Positions 39,755 through 51,614 of a stretch of DNA of 64,000 nt are shown here, piece after piece (within the stretch, counting starts at the first letter, position 1; each line of letters starts with the position of its first letter). The translations under genes were made by a program, and so were the position numbers. The notes below the pieces were generated by a model. It ran no database searches. It was given only the letters and a program-made list of their open reading frames with translations, and was not told the origin of the DNA. Origin of the DNA: Octopus vulgaris (Eukaryota); the NCBI GenBank assembly GCA_951406725.2, contig OX597817.1, positions 111,972,001-112,036,000 on the forward strand, read 5' to 3'.

Positions 39755-41185
39755 CTGACCTCACAAATCAGCAAGGTCATGGAACGAATAGTCAGAAGGA
39801 AACTAATCGCCTTCCTTGAAAAGAAAATAACTTTCTGCCTGACACCCAACATGGTTTCTGACCAGGAAGAAGCTGCCTAACTCAGCTCCTACAACACTAT
39901 GACTGGGTACTGAAACAACTGCTCAACCACTCAAATGTGGAAGTGATATATCTCGACTTTGCAAAGGCCTTTGATAAAGTCGATCATGGAATGATATGTC
40001 ACAAACTGCGTGATCTTGGCATAGTTGGAAAATTGGGAGAATGGCTTCATGACTTTCTGAAGGATAGAAGTCAGGTGGTAGTGAGCGGTGTTCCGCAGGG
40101 CACTGTTTTGGGACCGCTACTGTTCATAATGGCCCTCTCAGACATGCCCTCAGCCACGCAGAGAGCCATGATCACAAGTTATGCAGATGATACAAAGGTT
40201 TCACCGGCAATACAGAACCCTGAAGACACTAAGCACCTGCAATGTGATCTGGACAAAATATACAAGTGGGCTGAAAAGAATAGCATGCAGTTCAATGCTG
40301 AAAAGTTTCAAGCTTTATGCTATCAGCATGCAAAACTAAATGCAATACCCAATAAATACACTGGACCTGGAGGGATTGCAATCCCAGAGGCACAATCAGT
40401 ACGAGACCTGGGTATTTACATGAGTAATGATGCAACCTTTTATGTGCATGTTGCTAAATTGGCAATGAAATGTAGGCGGCTGACCGGATGGATTCTTAGA
40501 ACCTTTAGAACAAGAGACAAGGAAACCATGATGGTCCTCTGGAGGACACTTGTCGAAAGCCACTTTGACTATTGCTCTCAGCTATGGTCACCAACCAGTG
40601 TCAAATTAATCACAGAACTTGAGGCTATCCAACGAAGCTACACGAAGAAGATAGCATCTGTGCAACATATAAGCTATTGGGAAAGACCCAAGAGATTGAG
40701 ACTCTATTCCTTAGAGCATAGGCGAGAAAGATATGCCATAATATACATCTGGAAGATCCTGGAAGGACTTGTCCCAAACTTTGGCATCGAGAGTTACACA
40801 AATACTAGAACTGGGTGCCACTGCATAGTGCCAAGGACTCCAAATTTGCCATCAAGATGTGGGACAAGATTCTGTGATAGCCTGGGCTTCAGAGGACCAC
40901 AGCTCTTCAATATCCTCCCGAAGGACCTGAGAGTCCTGCATGGGGTGGATGCAGATGTCTTAAAATAAAATTGGATCTTTTTACTGTCAGGTGTCCCAGA
41001 TGAACCAACTTCGTGGCAGGAGGTGCAGATGAGGGCAGCTGCGTCAAACTCTCTTATGCACCCAATGTCAATTGCTAAAAAGCATTTGTGAAGTAAAATC
41101 ATGTAGCAACACCGAATGGCGGTGCCCCAGCATGGCCACAGCTCGCGAGCTGAAACTAGATGAAATGAAAAAAAAATGAAATGAA
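39755..41185 (+). mobile_element. CR1-group LINE, 5'-truncated RT pseudogene
   Basis: ORF 39937-40968: YLDFAKAFDKVDH, SGVPQGTVLGPLLF, YADDTK, RDLGI, DYCSQLWSP; upstream frameshift and stop; premature stop at 40966; (GAAAT)n tail. Confidence 0.95.
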
Positions 41186-41214
41186 ATATATATATATATT
41201 TTTATCTATATACA

Positions 41215-44000
41215 TCTTTCGCGGGCGCCTGTCAGCGTGCGTTGGAGCGGTTCAACTTCTCCAGGCGCCACCGCCGCCTCAACATCTCCAGGCGCCACCG
41301 CCGCCTCAACATCTCCCCGGCTCTCGGCTCTTCGTTCTCTCCAACGGCGCGCTGACATTATCATCAAACCGGCCGACAAGGGTGGAGCTGTGGTGTGCGG
41401 ACCTCTACAGGGCCGAGGCGCTCCGCCAACTCAATGACACCTTCTTCTACTCCGCTCTGTCCTCTAACCCCATGCGTAGCTACCAACAGACGGTATCCTC
41501 TACTGTCCACGACCTCATCTCGTCCTCCCGTCTCCCCCACACCGCATCCAACCTCATTGTGCGAACCCCACGCACCCCCACCAGTTACTTCCTCCCCAAA
41601 ATCCACAAACCAACAACCCTGGCCGCCCCATCGTCTCCGCCTGTAACTGCCCCACGGAGCTCATCTCGAAATACCTCGACCGTGTCCTTGCCCCCCTAGT
41701 GGCGTCTCTTCCCTCCAACATCCACGACACCAACCATGTGCTCCAGCTTTTCAATTCTTTCTCCTTTCCTCCCGGCTCCTCCAAAATATTTTTTACAATG
41801 GACATCCAGAGCCTCTATACCGTCATCCCTCACCACGAAGGACTGCGGGCACTTCAACACTTTCTCGACCTCCGTCCTAACCCCAAACCCGACACCTCCA
41901 CACTCATTCGTCTGGCCGAACTTGTCCTTTCTCTTAACTGCTTCTCGTTCGCGGGCGAGTTCTACCAACAGTAGTCGGGAGTGGCCATGGGAACGCAAAT
42001 GGGCCCCAACTATGCGAACCTGTTCGTTGGCTATGTTGAGGCCCAAATATTCTCTAGTTTCACTGGTCCCACTCCCGAACTATACGGTTGTTACATTGAC
42101 GACATTATCGGTGCCACCTCACTCTCCCGTGAACATCTAGATTCCTTTCTCTCTTTCGTTCAATCCTTCCATCCTGCCCTCCACTTCACCTCTGTCTCCT
42201 TCATCGACATTTCGGTCAGCATTCATCACTCCACTCTTACCACCTCCATTCACTACAAACACACAGACTCACACTCATACCTAAACTTCTCTTCCTCCCA
42301 CCCAAACACACCAAGCTTTCCATCCCCTATTCCCAATTTCACCGTCTATGTAGGCTCTGTAGTGACGACCATGACTTGGAGACTCAGTCTCAACTCATGG
42401 CTCGCCACTTCATCCTACATGGATACCCCCTCACCACTATCCACACTGCCCTTGCCAGAGCACGTTCCGTAGACGGTGCATCTGCTCTCTCCCCCCGAAC
42501 CTGCCCTGTAGTCTCCCACCTCCTTTTTTCCCTCACTTACCACCCCACGACCCTACCTCTCCAACGCACCGTTCTTCTAGCTTTCCAGCATCTCCAGTCC
42601 GACCCGTCCACTTCACACCTCTTCCCTAACCGACCCCTCCCCTCCTTCAAACGAGCCCATAACCTATGAGACCTCTTGGTTCACAGCTCATTCCCTGACC
42701 CTACCTCCCAACCTGGCTCGTTCCCCTGCTCCCGCCCACGTTGCTGCACTTGCCCATACCTCTCCAACACCACCCTCCTCCCTGGCACCCATCATTGACT
42801 CTATCGCATCATCAACTCCTTCACCTGCACCTCCAGCAATATCATCTATTGCATCTCCTGCTCTCTCTGCCATTCCCTGTACATCGGACAAACGGGACGC
42901 TGCTTGGCTGACCGGTTCATGGAACACCTCCGTGACATCCGCCTTGCCAACGACACACCGGTCTCACACCATTTCCGCTCCACCGGTCACTCCTTGCAAC
43001 ACCTATCTGTGTTTGGATTGTCCTTGCACAGAGGCCATCCGGATTCCCGTTTGCGCCGTGAACAGGAATTAATCTTCGCTCTTTCACGCCATTTGGTCTC
43101 AACTCTCTCCCCCCCCCCCACTTCTCATCTAACCTCCCCCACGACCCCTACTTCTCTTCAGTCTTTCATCTTTTCACCCCACTCTCTTTCCCTCCTCTTT
43201 CTTCCCTCTTCCCCTTCTCTCTTTCTCTCTGCTCCCTCACTCCCCTTCTCTCCCCTTCCCTTCCCCTCCCCTCCCCCTCTTCTTCTCCTCTCCTTCCTTC
43301 TCCCCCCCTTCCTTCTCTCCTTCCTTCTTCCCCCTCACCCCTCATCTCATCTCTCCTCCCTCCTCCCCTCCCCTCATCTCTCTTCCCTCCTCCACTCCTC
43401 CCTCTCTCTTCTCTCCCCCTTTCACTCTCCTCACAACCCCCACTCTACCCTAACCCCCAGCCGAACCCACACCCCACCTCCCCCTTTCACTCTCCCCACA
43501 ACCCCCACTCTACTCCAACCCCCAGCTGAACCCACGCCCCACATGGGCTTTCCCCACCTCCCACCACACTACACTACACTACACCATACGACACTACACT
43601 ACACCATACAACATTACACATCACATCATACATACATACATACACACGTCCAGACCTTTCATATGCACGTACATACTCTCTCATATACACACGCACCCTT
43701 ATGTTGGGGCGAGGTCATTTGACCTTGTTATCTCCCCTACTATCCCTCTTGCGTCTAACGTCTGATCTCTGACTTCTGGCCAAAATCAGACCGCCATGTT
43801 GATTCGTTAGCTCCCACATGCATTTTTTCTCTCTCTTTGTTTCTCTCCGTGTTTCTTTTCTGTGTATCTTTCTGTTGAAGAGCGTAGGCTCGAAACGTAA
43901 AAGACTTGTTTTATTTCTATTCCTGAGCGCCATACTAATACAATTGTTTGTTTGTACTCCACCTGCCTTCGTCTTTTGTTTATTTTCGTAAAGCTTCCCG
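41215..44000 (+). mobile_element. Penelope-like element, Neptune type (RT + GIY-YIG), disrupted
   Basis: IKPADKGGAVV, LPKIHK, TMDIQSLYTVIP, GVAMGTQMGPNYANLF, YIDD, Cys-rich linker PCSRPRCCTCPY, NIIYCISCSLCHSLYIGQTGR; several frameshifts and stops; C/T-rich 3' region. Confidence 0.92.
43867..43904 (+). ncRNA. Minimal PLE-type hammerhead motif with variant core
   Basis: TCTTT-CTGTTGA-A-GAGC(GTAG)GCTC-GAAA-C-GTA-AAAGA; stem I TCTTT/AAAGA; palindromic ACGT stem III. Confidence 0.65.
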
Positions 44001-44233
44001 TTATATATATATATATTTATATCTATATCACAAATAAGAAAATGGAGAACAACAGGTGGTTCATCAACTTTTTTACATTAAAATGTTAACTAATTTATTT
44101 ATTAAACTGATAATTATCATAACATACATAGATATAGCATATTATTCTTTACATATTAGATATAAGATATAAATTTAGTAATGTATAAAGATACCAGTAA
44201 TTGTTATAAAAAACATGAATATTAATTGGTAAA

Positions 44234-44359
44234 ATAACTTACAACTGTTTCAGCCAATAGATAAAAATATCTCATTCTACCTATATTACTCAAGTGGATT
44301 GAGATAATAGGTAGAACATGAGGTACTTGTATATACCTATAGGCTTCGTCAGAGGTTAT
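44234..44359 (-). ncRNA. Type I hammerhead motif with a long stem II insertion
   Basis: ATAACCT-CTGACGA-AGCC..(TTCTACCTATTA/TAATATAGGTAGAA hairpin)..GGCT-GAAA-CAGTT-GTA-AGTTAT. Confidence 0.75.
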
Positions 44360-44495
44360 AAAGTACAAATGTTTAGTTATAATAATAAATATAAATATAA
44401 AATAAAGAAAATACACACACTTTTGAATATATCTATATATATCTGTATCAATGTGTATATATCTATATCTGTATATATGTATGTGTGTGTGTGTG

Positions 44496-44543
<48 letters not shown>

Positions 44544-44739
44544 CACATACATATATATCTTTAGAAAAAATATGCGTACACACAAACTTGGTAACTCACT
44601 CTGTTTTTTCTCTCTCTCTCTGTCATACGGATTGTCCGTCATATTCAATGCTAACAGTCATGGATCGTCAACTGTGGATTTTTCTTTGTTGAGTGCGCAT
44701 TCAACTTGACATGGAGATTTTTTTAAACTTACAATTTAT

Positions 44740-44823
44740 TTCCAGGTTTCCCTGTTATGATATGAAACAACATGGCTAGTGTTCCAGGTTTCCCTGTTAT
44801 GATATGAAACAACACGGCTAGTG
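44740..44823. repeat. 42-bp tandem duplication
   Basis: TTCCAGGTTTCCCTGTTATGATATGAAACAACAYGGCTAGTG x2. Confidence 0.9.
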
Positions 44824-45117
44824 AACTGTGATGTTTTGTATAAAACAAATGGAGAATAGGACTTTTTTGTAAGAGAAAGAAAAAATACTTATAAAAAACG
44901 AAGCAAAAAAGAGAGAGAGGGATGAATAAAAAATAAATAAATAGAAGAAATTAGAATAGACTATACAATCAATCATGAATCACTCATAAAATCTTAATAC
45001 AGTTCTACAAGAAGTAACACTAGAGGACTACCATGTGTTTACAAACACAAGGTAGAGCCTCCATTTATTATAAAATACATCTTGCTTGTTTTCATTGTAT
45101 AATCTATTTGCTTTCAA

Positions 45118-45540
45118 TTAGATATCTGTCTTGCACAAAGTTTCTAAAATTGAGAGTGTTTTTTGCCATTTTGCTTTTGTATATATACTGATGCTATCAG
45201 TATATGTGTTTTTTCTCAATCCGAATAAAATGAGCTGTGGGTCAAGTTTCATGTTGCGAACTTGTATGCACTTTTCAAATCTAAGAATCATTGTCAGATT
45301 GATTGAAGTTGATGGGACAAGGGAATGTTTGGTTGGAGAGATGACGTAGTAATCAGCAGGCATAAACTGCTGCACTCTTTTCCCTCACTCTGGCGTTATT
45401 TTCTCATTAGCTTCTTTGTATTTTGTATTTTTAAATGACATTTTTGCCGATGACAGTTGTGGTTCATGTTTTACTTGTTTCAGTCTTTCGACTTTGGGTA
45501 TTCTGGTATACCGCCTTGAAGACTTATGTCGAAAAATCGA
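45118..45540 (-). mobile_element. Possible decayed L1/Tx1-like LINE ORF2 C-terminus
   Basis: Frame with one internal TGA ending QLILFGLRKNTYTDSISIYTKAKWQKTL, reminiscent of Tx1 C-terminal segments; recognised from memory only. Confidence 0.3.
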
Positions 45541-46174
45541 TCACACTACTTCATTTTATGCTCAGCACTACTTTACTTGTTTCTTATTATTGAATTGCTA
45601 AGTTATCAGCATGTAAACACTAGTTATTCAAACGACGGTGGGACGCACGCGTACACACATACAAAAACAGACTTAGATGCACAAACGATGGTTCTGTCAA
45701 ATCCCCTCAAGGTTTTGGTCGGTCCGGGGCTATCATGGAAGACACTTGTCCAGGGTGCCGCACAGTGGGACTGAACCCAAGACCATATCGCTGGAAAGGA
45801 GCAGCCTCGCCTATGCCTATGTTGAATTAAAAACAATTTTTTTTGCTTGTTTATCATAAGAAAAATAAAGCTAATGCTTATTAAAGTATTGCTTATTTCT
45901 TTACTGCTCACAAGGGGCTACACACAGAGGGGACAAACAAGGAAAGACAAACGGATTAAGTTGATTATATCGACCCCAGTGTGTAACTGGTACTTATTTA
46001 ATCGACCCCGAAAGTATGAAAGGCAAAGTCAACCTCGGCGGAATTTGAACTCAGAACGTAGCGGCAGACGAAATACTGCTAAGCATTTTGCCCAGCATGC
46101 TAAACCAATCAGAATAATGACAAGGGCTTAGGGAATTGTGTGCGTGTGTATGTATATGAATGTATGTGCATGTA

Positions 46175-46725
46175 TTCTTTTTTTTTCTTGTTTCAGTCAT
46201 TTGACTGTAGCCATGCTGGAGCACCGCTTTTAGTTGAGCCAATTGATCGCAGGACTTATTCTTTGTTAGCCTAGTATTTATTCTCTTTTCTCTTTTTCTC
46301 TTTCTCTTTTCTCTTTTACTTGTTTCAGTCATTTGACTGCGGCCATGCTGGAGCACCGCCTTTAGTCGAGCAAATCGACCCCGAGACTTATTCTATGTAA
46401 GCCCAGTACTTATTCTATCAGTCTCTTTTGCTGAACCGCTAAGTGACACCAGCATCGGTTGTCAAGCAATGCTAGGGGGACAAACACAGACACACAAATA
46501 CACACATATACATACATATATATACATATATACGACAGGATTCTTTCAGTTTCCGTCTACCAAATCCACTCACAAGGCATTGGTCGGCCCGGGGCTATAG
46601 CAGAAGACACTTGCCCAAGATGCCACGCAGTGGGACTGAACCCGGAACCATGTGGTTTGTTTGCAAGCTACTTGCTAAGTTACGGGGTCGTAAGCGCACC
46701 AGCATCGGTTGTCAAGCACAGACAT

Positions 46726-46766
<41 letters not shown>

Positions 46767-46930
46767 CACAACGGGCTTCTTTCAGTTTCTGTACACCAAA
46801 TCCACCCACAAGGCTTTGGTCGGCCTGAGGCTATAGCGGAAGACACTTGCCCAAGGTGCCACACAGTAGGACTGAACCCGGAACCATGTGGTTGGTAAGC
46901 AAGCTACTTAGCACACAACTACTCCTGCAC
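46175..46930 (-). mobile_element. Cluster of nested or tandem first-family SINEs
   Basis: Two tails (about 46185 and 46318) and two heads (about 46670 and 46925). Confidence 0.85.
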
Positions 46931-47146
46931 TTATATACACATATATACATACACACACATACATACATGCACATATATACACATACACCTACATATATAT
47001 ATTGTAAAAAACAATTGCCAACTGCAAGCTGGTGCTTACGTCACGCTCAGAGATTCAATATTGCTTCTATATATATATATACTTACACATATATGTACGT
47101 ATGTATGTATATACATACATACACACACATGTATATGTATGTATGC

Positions 47147-47178
<32 letters not shown>

Positions 47179-47219
47179 TTCTACACATACATACACGTAT
47201 ATGTACCTGTGTATGTATC

Positions 47220-47268
<49 letters not shown>

Positions 47269-47334
47269 ATAAAACGGTAAGATAACAAAAGAAAGAAAGA
47301 GACCTCAATATTATGTAAATAGAGGAAATTTATC

Positions 47335-47523
47335 TATACAATATGTTACATTACTCGGTAGTCAAGATAAAACTCTGAGTTTCAGATGCCGAAGTGGAAA
47401 TCCACAACACCATCTCTTCGGTTATCTGGCTATTTGCCAGATAACCGAAGAGATGGTGTTGTGGATTTCCACTTCGGCATCTGAAACTCAGAGTTTTATC
47501 TTGACTACCGAGTAATGTAACAT

Positions 47524-47531
<8 letters not shown>
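47335..47531. repeat. Palindrome with 96-bp arms and a 5-nt spacer; each arm carries a degenerate hammerhead motif
   Basis: 47335-47430 reads as the exact reverse complement of 47436-47531, spacer TATTT. Confidence 0.95.
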
Positions 47532-47560
<29 letters not shown>

Positions 47561-47605
47561 GTATATATATGAAAGTATGTATGTGTATGTATCTATGCAT
47601 ATATG

Positions 47606-47642
<37 letters not shown>

Positions 47643-47793
47643 GTATATATATGAAAGTATGTATGTGTATGTATCTATGCATATATGTATATATATGTGT
47701 ATATAGATTATATGTATGTGTGGCTGTATCTATGTATATATATATGTATATTTATGTATCTGTATAATATGTATATGTATATATCTATGTATA

Positions 47794-50700
47794 ATCATCA
47801 TCATCATCGTTTAACATCCGCTTCCATGCTAGCATGGATTGGATAATTTGACTGATGTCTGGCAAACCAGATGGCTGCACCAGACTCCAATCTGATCGGG
47901 CAGAGTTTCTACAGCTGGATGCCCTTCCTAACGCCAACCAATCTGAAAGTGTAGTGGGTGCCTTTATGTGCCACCAGCACGAGGGCCAGTCAGGTGGTAC
48001 TGGCAACCGCCATGCTCAAATGGTGCTTTTTATGTGCCACTTGCACAGGAGTCAGTCCAGCAGCACTGGCAATGACCTCGCTTGAATGTGTTTTCACGTA
48101 CCGCAAGCACAAGTGCCAGTAAGGCGATGCAGGTAATGATCATGCTTGAATGATGTTTTTTACATGCCACCGGCATGGAGGCCAGCTTGTTGCTGGTCAC
48201 TAGTCATTGCCTCGGTGAGGCCCAATGTTTGAAGGTCATGCTTCACCACCTCATCCTAGGTCTTCCTGGGTCTACCTCTTCCACATGTTCTCTCAACTGC
48301 TAGGGTGTGGCACTATCCACATCCATTCTCACCACATGGCCATACCAGTGCAGTCGTCTCTCTTGTACACCACATCTGATGCTTCTTAGGTCCAACTTTT
48401 CTCTCAAGGTACTATCACTCTGTCGAGTATGTACACTGACATTACACATCCATCGGAGCATACTGGTTTCATTCCTTGCGAGCTTACGCATGTCATCAGC
48501 CCATGTTTCACTGCCATGTAGCATGGCTGTTCGTACACATGCATCATACAGTCTACCTTTTACTCTGAATGAGAGGCCCTTTGTCACCAGCAGAGGTAAG
48601 AGCCCTCTGAACTTTGCCCAAGCTATTCATATTCTAGCAGCTACACTTTCAGTACACCCTCCCCTGCTACTGACTTGGTCACCTAGGTAACGGAAGCTAT
48701 CAACTACTTCTAGTTTTTCTCCCTGTAATATGACAGAAGTTGTTCTCTGCGTATTTTCAGTGTTTATTGCTCCTGAGCATCTGCCACATATAAAAACTAT
48801 CTTCCCAGTTAGCCTTCCTTTGATATTGCTGCACCTCTTGTGTCCATGTGTGTCTACGCCTTTTCTACAGATCCAGCAGGGCCATCTACCTGAAGGGATT
48901 TGTGGTTCGCCTGCCTTCCTACTTATTAGGACTTTGGTTTTAGCTAGGTTGACCCTAAGGCCCTTCGATTCTAATCCTTGTTTCCACACTTGAAACTTTT
49001 CCTCTAGTTCTGATAGTAACTCAGCAAATCGAGAGCAAGGTTGTCAGCATAGAGGAGCTCCCAGGGGCATCCTGTCTTGAATTCCTCTGTTATTGCCTAG
49101 AGAACTGTGATAAATAGGAGGGAGCTGAGGACTGAACCTTGGTGGACCCCTACCTCTACCTGGAATTCTTCACTGTACTTGTTGCCAACCCTCACCTTAC
49201 TGACAGCATCCCTATACATGGCTTGCACAACTCTCACTAACCATCCATCTATCCCTAGTTTTCTCATTGACCACCAGATAAGGGATCGGGGGACCCTGTC
49301 AAAGGCTTTCTTTATGTCATCGAAAGCGAGGTACAGAGGTTTATCTTTGGCTAGGTATTTCTCCTGTAGAAATATAGCATCAGTGGTGCTTTTCCCTGGC
49401 ACGAACCCAAACTGCATCTCATCTAAACTGACTCACTCCCTAATTAGTTGGGCTATGACCCTCTCCATGACCTTCATTACCTGATCCAACAACTTGATAC
49501 CTCTGTAATTATTTGTATCTAAAGCATCACCTTTACCTTTGTAGCAGTTGACTATTATGCTGCTACACCAGTCATTGAGTATGACTCTTTCGTGTATCAC
49601 CTGGTTAACTATACGGGTGACTAGGCTATAGCTGACACTGCCAGATATATCTTGAGCATCTCTGCAGTAATTCCTGATAGACAGGGGCTTTCCCTGTCTT
49701 CATACTCTTAATTGCTTTATCTACCAAGGTACTGTCAACTCGGATAGCAGGTCCCTCTGTTTGGTCGACATTCGGCAGACTCTCTTTCTCCCATTCATTC
49801 TCTTTATTGAGCAACCTTTCATAGTGGCGTCTCCAAACTTTTCTCTTTGCACCCTCATTTAGTGCAAGAGAACCATCATCCATGCGGACACATTTCTCTC
49901 CTACGACATCATTATTCTTTCTCACACACTGTCTTGCAACACGAAATACCACAAGTCTTTGGTCTACACAGTGCAGAACATTGGCAAATTTTTTTTCTTA
50001 TCTGCTTCCCCTCTGGCTAAATAAACCTGTCTCCTAGCTTCCCTTCTGGCAGAGTACAATTCCCTGCCACAGTCCTTCCAAGCGTGTTTCTTTTCTCCAA
50101 TAAGAACATTGTTCCACCACCATGTTATTTTGGGTCAAGAGGGGACTTTGCACCATTCACAGATCTGGTCAGTGGCTCTCAGCAGATTGTCCCGTAGAAA
50201 GCTCCAGTTGTCTTCTACACCGTGTGAAGCTATATCCGCTTCTATTTCGTCAAAGGCTTTGAGTAATATGTCCCTAAATCTCTGTCCTTCGTAGAATCTT
50301 TAAGCTTCAGACCTTTCTCCTCCATGCTGGTCGCCTTCTGGGCATCCACTTCTACCAGTGTATGTTGTGGGGTACATTCTTTGCCTGGGAAGGTTTTGGC
50401 ATTTATAAGCAGCCATCTTTCCCTTTTTCTGGTGAAGATGTAGTCAATTTGGCTAGTGTGTCTGCCAGATCTGTAGGTGACTAGGTGACTGGCAGGTTTC
50501 CTGAAGTTAGTATTGCAAACAATAAGATCATTTGCATCGCAGAACTCCAGCAGCCTGGTTCCCTCCTCTTTGCGGGAACCATAACTATAGCCTCCATGTA
50601 TGCCATGGAAGCCCCCCTGTATGTTGTCCAACATGTCCATTGAAGTCACCAGCCACAAAGAGAAGGTCCCTGTCATTCATCAATGAGGTAGTTTGCAAGA

Positions 50701-51130
50701 GGGTGTCATAGAATCAGTCTTTCTGTCCATCAGGTAGCCCTGGCTGAGGGGCATAGGCCGATATAATGGTTGCTAACCCATGATGCAGCACTAATGTAAT
50801 CTTAAGTATTCTGTTGCATACTCTGACTACCTCGATTACCTTATCTACCCATTTCTCAGCAAGAAGTATACCCATGCCCCCGACCCTGTCAGTGTTCCCC
50901 GCCCAGAAAATCTTGTACCTGTGTTCTTTGCCTGTGGAGGAACCTAGCAGAACCTCCTCTCCACCTTACTTCTTGGATGCAGCACATATTGTCACGTCTC
51001 TGTTCAAGCATCTCAACAATATCAGTGGACCTACCTTTCAGTGTGCCAACGTTGAGAGTGCCAACCCTGAGGGTTTGGGAAGTATGGGCCCGTGAGACCC
51101 TGGAATGGGGGACAGTAGCTTCATGTACCT
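47794..51130 (-). mobile_element. RTE-clade LINE, near full length (APE + RT), dead
   Basis: LRVGTLNVGTLKGR, SQIDYIF (APE); QFGFVPGKSTTDAIF, KAFDRVPR, GVHQGSVLS, PWELLYADN (YADD mutated), FRYLGD; many frameshifts; (GAT)n tail. Confidence 0.95.
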
Positions 51131-51614
51131 GAAAAGAAAGCTAGCATTTGGCATAATTCATAAACAAACAATACAATAGCCTTCAGTTGAACCCTCATAC
51201 GCTACACTATCATATTTTTGCACTATATGATCACTACCTTACATAGGAGATAGCCCTAAGTAGGGGTAGGGGTGGCATAAAGCCTTTAGAAGTGTTCATG
51301 GGAGACAACCAAGGATGACAAAGGATAGGAACAATAGCAACTTAATATGTTGCGGTTAACTCGAACTAGGAAGTTTAAAGGAGAGCATCTTCTGCATGCG
51401 CTGGTTTATATGTAGTGGTGTTGGTGAAAGTCTTGGCTAAGCGAGTGGTAATCAGAAGAGGGAGAGAGAGACAGAGTGAGGCCGAGAGTGAGTAGATGTA
51501 ATTGGCTTAATCCCAATATCTGTCCTTGTTTGTCCCCTTTGTTTAGCCCCCTGTGGGCAGTCAAGAAATAAATGTATGTATATATGTGTATGTATGTATA
51601 TTTATATATGTGTA

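Noticed and set aside
39937-40968. 343-aa RT ORF as an active or domesticated gene
   Set aside because: 5'-truncated, upstream frameshift and stop, apparent deletion before SGVPQG, and a premature stop relative to sibling copies
43100-43722. Pro/Ser/Leu-rich tail of the 272-aa ORF
   Set aside because: Read-through into the low-complexity C/T-rich PLE 3' region; only the first roughly 60 aa are GIY-YIG
45376-45395. In-frame TGA in an otherwise open minus-strand frame as a selenocysteine codon
   Set aside because: No redox motif or SECIS recognised; more simply a stop in a decayed element
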